DNA of 46,615 nt, taken from positions 1 through 46,615 of the IMG/VR virus record IMGVR_UViG_3300048858_000122; one strand, 5' to 3'. This stretch comes from a virus (taxonomy: Duplodnaviria > Caudoviricetes). A program made the position numbers and the translations under genes. The notes beneath the pieces were generated by a model, which made no database searches, had not been told where the DNA came from, and saw only the letters and a list, made by a program, of their open reading frames with translations. Of the stretch, positions 36,301-43,592 are shown one piece after another; the first letter of the stretch is position 1; each line of letters starts with the position of its first letter.

Positions 36301-36599
36301 AAATCCCAGGCTACGCCGCCGGGGGCAGCTTCGGCGGTGGGCTGCGCCTGGTGGGAGAGAACGGCCCGGAGCTCGAAGTAACAGGTCCGAGCCGGATCTT
36401 CGATGCTCGCACTACTGCAGCAATGCTCAACGGTGGCGGCTCAGACACTGGCGTTGTGGCAGAGCTGCGCTCTATCCGTGCAGAGCTGGAAATGATCAAG
36501 GCCAATACCCAGTCCGGGGCGGTGAGCAGCAGCAAGCTCGTGAGGATCGTCGATCGCGTAACTGAAGGCGGCAACGCCATCCTTACCAAGGAACTTTGA
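30396..36599 (+). CDS. Tape measure protein (2067 aa)
   Basis: Ala-rich; QLGQAFASG.LRGEELNSV tape-measure domain; C-terminal GYAAGG..LVGENGPEL. Confidence 0.95.
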   Translation: MAGQEVRGMLIRLEATTAQLRQEMDRADASVTKATGRIDAQLSKVDTAFDRAAKSAQSAAGILKGALSLAIGGASVSAIIDQAEAYTTVANRLKLVTSSSKEFTEAQSAVFSIAQKSGQPLGATAELYQRIASNQKELKLSGQGVAGIVETISKTLVISGASASSADAALVQLGQAFASGTLRGEELNSVLEQAPALAQAIAKGMGKTVGELRNLGTEGKLTSAAVVAALQAQAAAVDGLFNQMQSTIGTALTRIQTSFTRIIGETDKLSGTSVSLAGAVNQASRALDQIKVPEAFAVISEHAETLSTVLNVVLYAALGKVAAGLAQWTAASGASVLANQKALTAAARTAQQDLLSAEAKQLDARALVARAGQELQAAQTKVAADRLRQESELAGVRTVQAALVAEMALEQERLKAQISETGRNAALARMVEIRGAQIAITKQMEAAERSLAATTVATSVQIQAANAQVTASKVALAETTLAVNAASVASQNAAASASIAARAWGSLRAGAAGLLGLLGGPVGLAFMAGAVALSFVDFSDKSKTLMGDLGDLGKSVDQVRTEFNKLNEDQQRAQVNTWKDKQLGATLAVENAYKDLKSAVQGALIEPPNPDMVDTAKIADQVRAYDGLVAKMDAARASGQSLGPILREAAANGQISPEQLRQWETLAGSLSDNAAVAAQVKTRLDEMTGALNKNTVATQANNQAKAGFTAEGEKYLDTIQKQLAGLQDGGDAIKEANRYIAEHSALSEADRVAILSTANAIEVNKAATKASKDETKLGNAAAREAATELKNQQKALEELTTKSGISAKAASDLADAYLAGVDNIRAITLQQKVEEELLKTGAAARGKVTAAINAQMAAEDRRDVAKNIADLRVEATQTLAQATATLQGADALETFNVQKSMQLALVGKSIEYGSKEYDQLLQATRAQLEHNKALEQAGAANSIVDRLYPQTKLLRDYTQEQEALNKAIELYPEKADAYRDALQRLGVEYQQNKNAATSWGQFTEGAIDRIDDAFADMWKSVLSKSGNFMDTLKDSFRQFLAEMLHMAITKPILVQFASALGVGGAQAQSSGLFGDLTGGGGGGLTSWLGTAKNVFSVASSNFGQSIMAGWNAGEGIVGGIQGAFGNGASYVKDAIASGFTAGSATASAVASTTAESLTTTLANSYASYGAQFGTGVAQGSFSGAASSASASAASSSLSALSATLSYVGAVYAVIQSYQAYGAKGAATTAGFAAAGAAIGSVVPVIGTALGAAIGAVIGSIASSSLFGSGEKYRDLSTSATGHYDNGVYTDQGIATTWQRKAPKYGAAADNAMSSTLNKFASTLGNLYEALGNGAEVSAYSTLQQRKTSGKYSSTFGAQLDDGSVISAKQQFKANDIASALTADYDDIMGTFLAKAIVSSKSLPEYFKSQFTAFANDWNTTADQVIKAIEGVFTRFNGVNDALSLINVANLKLDNTGLIASDAILNMIGALADLDSTTATAKEKVDALNKSVGTYYQAFFSADEQFADLTKSLQGAFAGFGLKLPDTRSAYRKMVEDIDVTNTAGQAMFATMMGLATNADAYYTQIDKQAQAAVDAAKEAAQAAADAWSNYYGLFTSDTQKAADTLSLVGQQFAALSLAMPATRDGFAAMVGSIDQTTEKGKAMFASLLGLATNADAAFDILEAQTAAANEAAAAAAQAAKDAATAVKDALNVAVTNSLSAVQRAISAQQEAAEAAFNATSASINDMLDTANTRVSDLTAVSNSLGAALKSLRGDSDAAVQMLRRQAQATLQSALATARAGGSLANFSGLDDALNAVTSNTTDLYSSLEDFNRDQGRTANVVAELNLLNGKQLTNAEKSAKALQDQLDQAKKAYDAQVAQFDSQLAFAQSQLDALNGVDTSVQSVAVAIQQMNAAVVAALQAQETGAAAGNTYDNNVALIRSVYKQVLGRDLDGNGLATWTAGLANGTVTYANLVDMIAKGGKANAETVKIPGYAAGGSFGGGLRLVGENGPELEVTGPSRIFDARTTAAMLNGGGSDTGVVAELRSIRAELEMIKANTQSGAVSSSKLVRIVDRVTEGGNAILTKEL

Positions 36600-37507
36600 T
36601 GAAGGTTATTAAACCGCACGTCATCACGGACATGATGATGCTGAGTTCGTCAGTTCAGGAGAACGACTATCCGGCTTGGGCATCGGGCACCGCCTACGCC
36701 CTCGGCGCGCGGGTGATCCGGACCAGCGTGCATCGGGTATACGAAAGGCTGGTGGCGGGGGCGGGGACAGTCGCCCCCGAGCTGGACACGACGAGCCCGC
36801 CGGTGTGGATGGATGTTGGCCCGACGAACAGGTGGGCGCCGTTCGACGATGTGGTCGGCACGCTCGCAACCGGTCCGTCGCCGCTCAGTTATGTGCTGAG
36901 CGTCGGGTTCACCGACAGCCTGGCGCTGTTTGAGTTGAGCGGCCGGTACGTGGATGTAGTGATGAAGGACGGCACCGGCGGTGTTGTTGTGTACCAGAAA
37001 CGGATCGACCTAGAAGTCACCGATATCGAGACGATCTTCGACTGGTTCTTCAGCGATCTGGATCTGCGGACCGACATCGTCATCACCGACCTGCCGGGCC
37101 AATACGCGAGCGCTGAGCTCTCCGCGAAGATCACCTCAACGAGCGGCGGGGCGTCCGTTGGAGTCATCAAGCCTGGTCTGATCAGCGACCTCGGGGAAAC
37201 CCAATACGGCGCCCGGGTCGGCATCGATGACTACAGCCGCAAAGAGCGGGACCCATTCGGCAACACGGTCATCACCAAGCGCGCTTACAGCAAGCGCGGC
37301 AGTTTCACGATGTTGACCACGCTGGGCACCTTCAACCGGATCTACCGAACGCTGGCGGCCTTGCGGGCGACGCCCTGCGTTTACATCGGCACGGAGGCAG
37401 CCGGCTATGAGCCGCTGCTGATCTACGGGTTCTTCACCAGTTTCAACATCGACATTTCGTATCCCAGTTACCACCTCTGCTCGCTTGATATCGAGGGCCT
37501 CATCTGA
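36596..37507 (+). CDS. Tail tip / distal tail protein
   Basis: Directly after TMP; W.DVGPTNRW.PFD, GIDDYSRKE.D.FG motifs; exact start uncertain. Confidence 0.7.
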   Translation: MMKVIKPHVITDMMMLSSSVQENDYPAWASGTAYALGARVIRTSVHRVYERLVAGAGTVAPELDTTSPPVWMDVGPTNRWAPFDDVVGTLATGPSPLSYVLSVGFTDSLALFELSGRYVDVVMKDGTGGVVVYQKRIDLEVTDIETIFDWFFSDLDLRTDIVITDLPGQYASAELSAKITSTSGGASVGVIKPGLISDLGETQYGARVGIDDYSRKERDPFGNTVITKRAYSKRGSFTMLTTLGTFNRIYRTLAALRATPCVYIGTEAAGYEPLLIYGFFTSFNIDISYPSYHLCSLDIEGLI

Positions 37508-39051
37508 TGGCAGTCACTCCACTACCGTTCCTTGACCGGACGGCAGCAACCTTTAAAACCGATGTCGATGCGTTTTTCGCTCAGAAGCTGCCGCAGTTCT
37601 CAGTCGATGTGAACCAGCTCGCGACGGATGTCCAGTCCAGCGCTACCGCTGCCAACTCGTCAAAGGTCGCTGCTGCGACAAGTGAGACGAACGCGGCAAA
37701 CTCTGCCACGGCCGCGAACAGCTCGAAAACAGCGGCTGCGACAAGCGCTACAAACTCCGGCACCAGCGCCACCAACGCGGCAAATTCGGCAACTGCAGCG
37801 AACACATCAAAAACAGCAGCGGCCAATAGCGCAACGGCTGCGGCTACCAGCGCCACAAACTCCGAGGCATCTGCCGTTCGCGCTCAACAGGCCGCAGACA
37901 GCATCGGCAGCGGGCCGGTGACCAGCGTGAACGGTAAAACAGGTGTTGTATTACTTGCCAAAACGGACATTAGTTTAGGCAGCGTCGACAATGTCTCTGT
38001 AATAGCCGCAGGCATAGGCGTCGTCCAGCCTACCGCATTAGCGAACATCGATTCGTTTACGCTCACCAATGGCTGGTACGCCGTTACAGATGCGACGCTT
38101 GGAACCAAGCCGGCAGGAGTGTCGTTCGGCTCGCTCCTGGTGAGCGGCAGACTTGCGACTGCGGCAAATACTCGCGTCGTCCAAACCCTTATGCGGACTG
38201 ACACAGGTCCTACGCCCTCGACCCAGATATTCTCGCGAACGAGCTTCAGTGGTACGTGGGGGCCATGGGTTGAGATAGCAAACACAGATTTTGTGCAAGA
38301 CGCAGTGCATCAGGGCCACGGGGTCGTCGGCGTATCCAGAAACGTAAGGATGGCAGTACCTACCGCAGCTGCGACCGCAGCTATCACAGCCGATGAAATA
38401 ACAGTTGAGACGGCATTGGGCGGGCTGCGTTATTGCATCCCGAGTTTCAGCAAAACGATAAATCTTGCAACTACCGGCGCGGGGGGGATGAATTCTGGCG
38501 CAGCACCGGCATCGGGCTATGTTGCGATCTACGCTATCTACAACCCTACTACCGGAGTATCAGCGCTACTGGGATTTGATAACACATCCACTACTGCGCC
38601 GGAAACTGCGCCGAGTCTACCATCTGGCTACACTGCCTCAGCTTTGATAGCAATAGTCCAAACCACAGCCGCTCGACTTATTTATCCGTGCGCCGTTTTG
38701 GATCGCAGAGTTTACTTTGCTTATCAGGCCGCAGTTTCGTCAGTTGGCGTAGTGTCGTCGCTGACATCTGTAAACATCTCGGCAGTCGTTCCCAAAAATG
38801 CAAAGTCCATTTCTGGATGGGCTGCAGTGGGCTCGACCGCAGCGACAAACGCGGTCATCAATATAGCGGGTTCCGCGCAGGGCCTTGGTTTCAAACAAAT
38901 CGGTGGGTCACCGCCTACGGGGTCGGCGATTTACTCTGGCTCCTTCACCGATGTCCCACTGGTAGCCGCTCAGACAATGTTTTGGCAGGTTGCAATTTCG
39001 ACCGGTACGCTGAATTCGGCGCAAATAAATATCAGTGAATTTGAGTTCTAG
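37507..39051 (+). CDS. Tail fibre (Stf-like Ala/Ser/Thr repeats, variable C-terminus)
   Basis: SATAANSSK.AAATS repeats, VTSVNGKTG, WGPWVE; followed by a fibre chaperone. Confidence 0.88.
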   Translation: MAVTPLPFLDRTAATFKTDVDAFFAQKLPQFSVDVNQLATDVQSSATAANSSKVAAATSETNAANSATAANSSKTAAATSATNSGTSATNAANSATAANTSKTAAANSATAAATSATNSEASAVRAQQAADSIGSGPVTSVNGKTGVVLLAKTDISLGSVDNVSVIAAGIGVVQPTALANIDSFTLTNGWYAVTDATLGTKPAGVSFGSLLVSGRLATAANTRVVQTLMRTDTGPTPSTQIFSRTSFSGTWGPWVEIANTDFVQDAVHQGHGVVGVSRNVRMAVPTAAATAAITADEITVETALGGLRYCIPSFSKTINLATTGAGGMNSGAAPASGYVAIYAIYNPTTGVSALLGFDNTSTTAPETAPSLPSGYTASALIAIVQTTAARLIYPCAVLDRRVYFAYQAAVSSVGVVSSLTSVNISAVVPKNAKSISGWAAVGSTAATNAVINIAGSAQGLGFKQIGGSPPTGSAIYSGSFTDVPLVAAQTMFWQVAISTGTLNSAQINISEFEF

Positions 39052-39061
39052 GGAGCGCTTA

Positions 39062-39421
39062 ATGCCTATCCATTTTGTTGAGTTTAGCGATCAAGACGAG
39101 TCCAGCATTCGAACAGTCTTTGCAAGTGTTCAGGATGCCGAAATTTACCAGTACCAGGGCGAAGTAGATGATGACGACCCACGCTACATCGCCTTCATTG
39201 CCTCTATGACGCCGAGCAAGTTAGAGCTAAACAAAGCTGATCGTGACAGGCTCTTGCAAATCGCAACACTCAGCATTGCACCTCTACAGGATGCGGTTGA
39301 TCTTGATGACGCGACGACAGCTGAGAAAGCTCTACTCAAGGCATGGAAGCAATACCGTGTCGCGGTCAATCGAATGGACCTGACAGGGGATATTACAGAG
39401 TGGCCAGTCGAACCAGCATAA
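39062..39421 (+). CDS. Tail fibre assembly chaperone
   Basis: IAPLQDAVDL..AT..E...L.AWKQYRV..NR.D.....WP..P. Confidence 0.9.
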   Translation: MPIHFVEFSDQDESSIRTVFASVQDAEIYQYQGEVDDDDPRYIAFIASMTPSKLELNKADRDRLLQIATLSIAPLQDAVDLDDATTAEKALLKAWKQYRVAVNRMDLTGDITEWPVEPA

Positions 39422-39447
39422 CGAAATTCCCGCTAGTTCGTCAGGGT

Positions 39448-40431
39448 TTAAACTCGTACAGGCGGCGCTGACCTTGCTCTGAGGGTCTTTCGCCAGGCTA
39501 GAACAGGTCGCTCGACAAGATAGTAAGAGATGCTGCTAAGTGAGAAGGCGACCGCCACATAAAGCGCAGCCAATTTCGGGCTTATGCTCGTTACACCGAT
39601 GGCTTTTCCTGCATAAATTATTAAGAAGTGATTTAGGAAAACACCATAGCTGATGTTCCCCATCACCTCGTCAGCTTTGTGATAGGGCAGTTTTGACAAA
39701 AGCATGATCACGGGTATTCCGATCACGATACCCGCAGCTACCTGAACATTGTAGGGAAGCCACTGGGCCGACCCGATAGCCACTAGGACACAGCCTGCCA
39801 GCGCTAAGCCCCATGCGACAAAAACCGCAAAGTGCTCCGCAGCAGTTCCTCTTCTGATGAAGCTGCCACATAAGAAGATAAACAAGACTCCTGGAAGAAG
39901 CCGATAGCCGTAAAAGTCAGAATGCAAGTATCCGAAAAAAGCAAGTATCGCGACCGCGATGGATGCATAGAACAGCACTAGCCGAGCTTTATAGATAAGT
40001 ATGAATGGGATTAGGAGATAAAAACACATCTCAAGGCCCAGCGACCATGCTTGCGGAATAATGTTTGGATCAGACATGCCAAACATAAAGAAGCCAAGCG
40101 GGAAGATTGCAACCGTCGACAGTAAATTGGTTGGGGTTACTGCGTTGCGAGCTGGGCTGTCCGCAAGCATGTTGCAAATTAGAATCGATGACAGAACCAT
40201 ATAGAAAATAAACTGCGGATAAATGCGCATTGCCCGGTCAGCAAGGAAAGCTGGAATCCTGCTTATTTCTCCGTAGTTCTTATCGATCAGCGCAGTCATC
40301 ACGAAGCCGCTGATTATGAAAAACGAAACTACTGCGACCACTCCATACCCAAGATCGACGCCAAAAAACATGACCCCCATATGCCCTATTGCTACCAGCA
40401 CGGCAAGAATCAGCCGATAAACCCCCATCAT
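39448..40431 (-). CDS. Acyltransferase-3 family membrane O-acyltransferase (serotype-conversion type)
   Basis: YRLILAVLV.IGH, FFIISGF, RAMRIYP, WSLGLEMCFYL, GNISYGVFLNH, SYYLVERP; multi-TM; AT-richer; reverse orientation. Confidence 0.92.
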   Translation of the reverse strand: MMGVYRLILAVLVAIGHMGVMFFGVDLGYGVVAVVSFFIISGFVMTALIDKNYGEISRIPAFLADRAMRIYPQFIFYMVLSSILICNMLADSPARNAVTPTNLLSTVAIFPLGFFMFGMSDPNIIPQAWSLGLEMCFYLLIPFILIYKARLVLFYASIAVAILAFFGYLHSDFYGYRLLPGVLFIFLCGSFIRRGTAAEHFAVFVAWGLALAGCVLVAIGSAQWLPYNVQVAAGIVIGIPVIMLLSKLPYHKADEVMGNISYGVFLNHFLIIYAGKAIGVTSISPKLAALYVAVAFSLSSISYYLVERPVLAWRKTLRARSAPPVRV

Positions 40432-40507
40432 CTACCCCCCTTATAGAATCGTGACAAATCCTGCTGCGCGCGCCCCCATACGAGGATCGCGCAGTTTATC
40501 CAATGAG

Positions 40508-40529
40508 CCCGCCCTACGCGGGTTTTTTT
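40508..40529 (+). terminator. Rho-independent terminator
   Basis: CCCGC-CCTAC-GCGGGTTTTTTT. Confidence 0.65.
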
Positions 40530-40542
40530 GTGGAAAAACAGA

Positions 40543-40968
40543 ATGAACATAACTGAGAAAGATCGAGATGTACTCGCGCGCACTCTGTGGGGCGAGGCCC
40601 GAGGCGAAGGTTTAGCCGGGATGGTCGCGGTGGCCTGGACGATTCGCAACCGTGTGGACGATGGCAAGGACAGGTCGTGGTGGGGCGAGGGCTACGCCGG
40701 CGTGTGCCAGAAGCCGTACCAGTTCAGCTGCTGGAACAGGAACGACCCGAACTATCAGTTTCTCAGCGGCGCCCGGAAGATCCCGTTTCGCGAGCTGGCG
40801 CAGTGCCGCATCGCTGCTGACCAAGTGATTGACGGCAAAGTGCCGGACCCTACCGGCGGAGCGACCCACTATTACGCGACCGCCATGCCGAACGCGCCGG
40901 ACTGGGCGGCCAAGGCGAAGCGCACGCTGAAGCTCGGCAACCACGTCTTCTTTAAGGACGTGCCCTAA
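40543..40968 (+). CDS. Cell wall hydrolase (SleB/Hydrolase_2 family), probable endolysin
   Basis: LARTLWGEARGE..G..AVA..I.NR, PYQFSCWN, DPTGGATHYY, P.W, GNHVF. Confidence 0.9.
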   Translation: MNITEKDRDVLARTLWGEARGEGLAGMVAVAWTIRNRVDDGKDRSWWGEGYAGVCQKPYQFSCWNRNDPNYQFLSGARKIPFRELAQCRIAADQVIDGKVPDPTGGATHYYATAMPNAPDWAAKAKRTLKLGNHVFFKDVP

Positions 40969-41043
40969 GCATTCGGCTGGTGCTGGCGCCTCGCTAACCC
41001 GGCCCCAACGAACAAACCCATCTATAAAGCCCTCGGAGGCGCA

Positions 41044-41259
41044 GTGCGTACAGATCAATTCGTGATGAAGTACAGCTACGGACCGCACACGCTGTCCGTG
41101 AAGGCAAATGGCGGAAGCGTGCTTGTGGAAAAGGCCGTGGGCCCTGACTGGGTGACCGCAGACACATTCACCACTGATGGCGCTTGGCGCCTGGATCTTG
41201 GCAACTCGCCTACACGATTCACACCAAAAGGCGGCGCTGCTTATGAGGTGGCCAAGTGA
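41044..41259 (+). CDS. Small beta-rich protein coupled to the SGNH gene
   Basis: GGAGG RBS with GTG start; GTGA overlap. Confidence 0.7.
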   Translation: MRTDQFVMKYSYGPHTLSVKANGGSVLVEKAVGPDWVTADTFTTDGAWRLDLGNSPTRFTPKGGAAYEVAK

Positions 41260-42503
41260 CCTTGGTTATAGGCGCTTCGCCTGCCACCAAGAAGCGTATC
41301 CGCCGTGGGCTGGGCCTGCTGGGCGACAGCTTTAGCGCGAACTGCCATACAATTGTGGCCACCGCCTACGGCACCGAGGCCTACGGCTACGCCGGAGCGA
41401 TCGCGGCAAAGACTGGCCTATTCCCCAGCTACCTGGACAACCAAGGGAAGGTGGGCGACCACTCCGGGCAGTTTATGCCACGGCTGCCGTCCTGCCTGAC
41501 TTCAGTGACCGCTGATCTTTGGATGCTGCTGTCGCGCACAAACGACAGTACCACGGCAGGGATGACGCTTGCAGACAGCAAGGCAAACGTGATGAAGGCA
41601 GTCACAGCGTTCCAGAACACGCCCAGCAAGTACCTGATCGTCGGCACCGGCACGCCGCGGTTCGGTACCAAGGCCTTGACCGGCCAGGCGCTGGCGGACG
41701 CGATCGCTTACAAGGACTGGGTCCTGAGTTACGTCAGGCAGTTCGTGCCCGTGGTGAACATCTGGGATGGATTCACGCAGGCCATGACAGTCGACGACCT
41801 TCACCCGAACCTGATCGGCGCCGACTTCATCCAGTCCCAGTGCGTGCCGGTGATCAATGCCAACTTCGAATTCTTCGGCGTGCCACTACCGACGGACGGT
41901 GCCGACCTGTACTCGGCGATTCGCCCGTTCGGTTGCCTGAATGCCAATCCGTTGATGCTCGGTACCGGAGGCGTCATCAACGCCTCGGCAAACCCGGTAG
42001 GCGGATCGGTACTGGCAGACAACTACAAGGCTTCCGGCTCAGGCCTGACCGGCATCACCACGCGCTGGTACAAGGAGCCGTCTGCCTTCGGTGAGGCGCA
42101 GTGCATCGAGCTGGCTGGGACAATGGCGGCGGCCGGCGGTTACATCTACTGCCAGCCCGCAACGAACGTGACCCTGGCGAATCTCCTGGCCGGCGACGTC
42201 ATCGAAATGGTTTCGGCGCCGGAGATCGTCGGCAACGGTCGCGGCATTCTCGGCTGGGAGGCGGAGCTGATCATCACGAAGCCGGTATCTGGCACGTCGA
42301 CCACCATTTATTACCGGTCGATGGACAAATACCAGGAACCGTTCACTTTCCCGGCCAACTGGAAGGGTGCGTTGGAAACACAGCGCTATTCCTGCGACGT
42401 TACGGAAACGGTCGTCACTTCCCGCATGGGGCTTTATCTGGCAACGGGCATCGCGCAGGACAGCAAGGTCAAGGTCGCGCAGTTCGGCATCCGTAAAGTC
42501 TGA
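41256..42503 (+). CDS. SGNH/GDSL hydrolase with C-terminal beta-rich domain
   Basis: Block I LLGDSF, block II QGKVGD, block III RTND, block V DDLHPN. Confidence 0.85.
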   Translation: MTLVIGASPATKKRIRRGLGLLGDSFSANCHTIVATAYGTEAYGYAGAIAAKTGLFPSYLDNQGKVGDHSGQFMPRLPSCLTSVTADLWMLLSRTNDSTTAGMTLADSKANVMKAVTAFQNTPSKYLIVGTGTPRFGTKALTGQALADAIAYKDWVLSYVRQFVPVVNIWDGFTQAMTVDDLHPNLIGADFIQSQCVPVINANFEFFGVPLPTDGADLYSAIRPFGCLNANPLMLGTGGVINASANPVGGSVLADNYKASGSGLTGITTRWYKEPSAFGEAQCIELAGTMAAAGGYIYCQPATNVTLANLLAGDVIEMVSAPEIVGNGRGILGWEAELIITKPVSGTSTTIYYRSMDKYQEPFTFPANWKGALETQRYSCDVTETVVTSRMGLYLATGIAQDSKVKVAQFGIRKV

Positions 42504-42549
42504 CCTCTCGTCCCGATCAGATTGACCGCGGCAACGCCCTTTGAGTTAA

Positions 42550-42565
42550 CTGTACGCATATACAG
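42550..42565 (+). promoter_or_regulatory. LexA (SOS) box
   Basis: CTGTACGCATATACAG within TTAA...TTAA; TTGACC -35 at 42522. Confidence 0.85.
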
Positions 42566-42583
42566 TTAATTCAGCGGACAATC

Positions 42584-42880
42584 ATGTATTTCCTCATCAC
42601 CTTGCGGCGTCACCTCGGTGTCGCCATACCCAAAGACCAGGTCAGCAAGATCACGCCCTTCAAGGGCGACGTGCAGATTGTGGAGTCGCAGTGCTCAGCG
42701 CTGGGCCGTGTCGCGAGGCAGGCATTCATCCTTAACAGCGTTGGTCATGCGGCGGACATTCTGCCGCGGCTGCTGGACGCTAGCGTAACTAGCATGGGTA
42801 CCCAGGGCATGAACATCTCGGGCATTGAGCAAGTGGGCGAGGCGTTCTACTTCCAAGCATGGTGGTGCCGCTTTGAATGA
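42584..42880 (+). CDS. SOS-regulated hypothetical protein (98 aa)
   Basis: Follows the SOS box; ends YFQAWWC. Confidence 0.75.
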   Translation: MYFLITLRRHLGVAIPKDQVSKITPFKGDVQIVESQCSALGRVARQAFILNSVGHAADILPRLLDASVTSMGTQGMNISGIEQVGEAFYFQAWWCRFE

Positions 42881-43229
42881 GCACGTCGCCGACCCTCTGG
42901 CTGCATGGAAGGTCATGGTCGAGGACATGCAAGACCTCGTCACCGACCCTGACGGCCAGCGGGCGAAGCTGCGGGAATTGGCAATGCTCGCGTATCAGCG
43001 GTATCAGGTTGATGCCGATGAGCTTTCGGACATGCTGGAGGTTACGGACGCTGCGCGCGAGTGGGGACTGCTCGAACTGGAGGAGGGTTTCCGCATCGGC
43101 ATCTTCGAGAGTCAGGAGTTCGGCCCGCAGACCGGGACGCAGTATTTTGACGGTAAGCAGCTGGTGAGGGTTTTTGATAGTCGGCAGGACGCCGTAGGAA
43201 GGAGAATCGCGCACGTGAACAAAACGTGA
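42873..43229 (+). CDS. Hypothetical protein, second gene of the SOS operon
   Basis: Overlapping TTG start inferred (ORF open from 42825); ELSDMLE..DAAREW. Confidence 0.6.
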   Translation: MNEHVADPLAAWKVMVEDMQDLVTDPDGQRAKLRELAMLAYQRYQVDADELSDMLEVTDAAREWGLLELEEGFRIGIFESQEFGPQTGTQYFDGKQLVRVFDSRQDAVGRRIAHVNKT

Positions 43230-43296
43230 GTCACAGCGCTTAACAGCGTGTACACTGCGCGACTTCTTGAGACAGCGTAACCGTTTGCGGGCGGCG

Positions 43297-43309
43297 TAAG
43301 CTGTTGATA
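43297..43309 (-). promoter_or_regulatory. IHF site of the inner att arm
   Basis: Minus strand TATCAACAGCTTA = WATCAA-N4-TTR. Confidence 0.65.
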
Positions 43310-43335
43310 GTTAAGTGCTTTCCTCTGGTGAGGAT

Positions 43336-43390
43336 GATTTAGGTTCCAGCGCCGCAAGGTGTGAGAGTTCGAGTCTCTCCGCCCGCCCCA
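43336..43390 (+). pseudogene. 3' fragment of tRNA-Leu(TAG), att-core type
   Basis: GATTTAGGTTCCAG anticodon arm remnant, long variable arm CGCCGCAAGGTG, T-arm GAGAGTTCGAGTCTCTC, CCA end; 5' half absent; discriminator C instead of A. Confidence 0.85.
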
Positions 43391-43396
43391 AACAAA

Positions 43397-43428
43397 AAAA
43401 GCCCCGACTCGTGAGAGCCGGGGCTTTT
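43397..43428. terminator. Terminator after the tRNA fragment
   Basis: AAAAGCCCCG...CGGGGCTTTT. Confidence 0.8.
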
Positions 43429-43558
43429 GCGTTATGCCCGTTGCAAAATCAGAATATGGCTCCCCAAAACGCAACCGTTTGGGCCAATGTTTATTGAGCT
43501 TATAAGATTCAAAAAATAGGGTGTTTTTGCAGGGCTTTTTTACGGTTAAAGCCTTAAT

Positions 43559-43574
43559 TATCAAGCAATTGATT
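43559..43574. promoter_or_regulatory. Overlapping IHF sites of the outer att arm
   Basis: TATCAAGCAATTG (+, 43559-43571) and AATCAATTGCTTG (-, 43574-43562) both match WATCAA-N4-TTR. Confidence 0.7.
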
Positions 43575-43592
43575 GCTTCTTTCGGGGCGTTC

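Noticed and set aside
37630-37900. Tandem repeats as a DGR or contingency locus
   Set aside because: Protein-level Ala/Ser/Thr fibre repeats with degenerate codons; no reverse transcriptase or TR/VR pair seen.
37920-39440. Invertible tail-fibre cassette driven by the second recombinase
   Set aside because: No reversed alternative fibre tip and no flanking inverted repeats found.
43336-43390. Functional tRNA-Leu gene
   Set aside because: The acceptor 5' strand and D-arm are missing and the discriminator base is altered.
43112-43592. C-terminal ~160 aa of the 1167-aa kinase ORF as a genuine domain
   Set aside because: It reads through att arms, a terminator and the antisense tRNA fragment, with no REC or Hpt similarity; most likely chance read-through.
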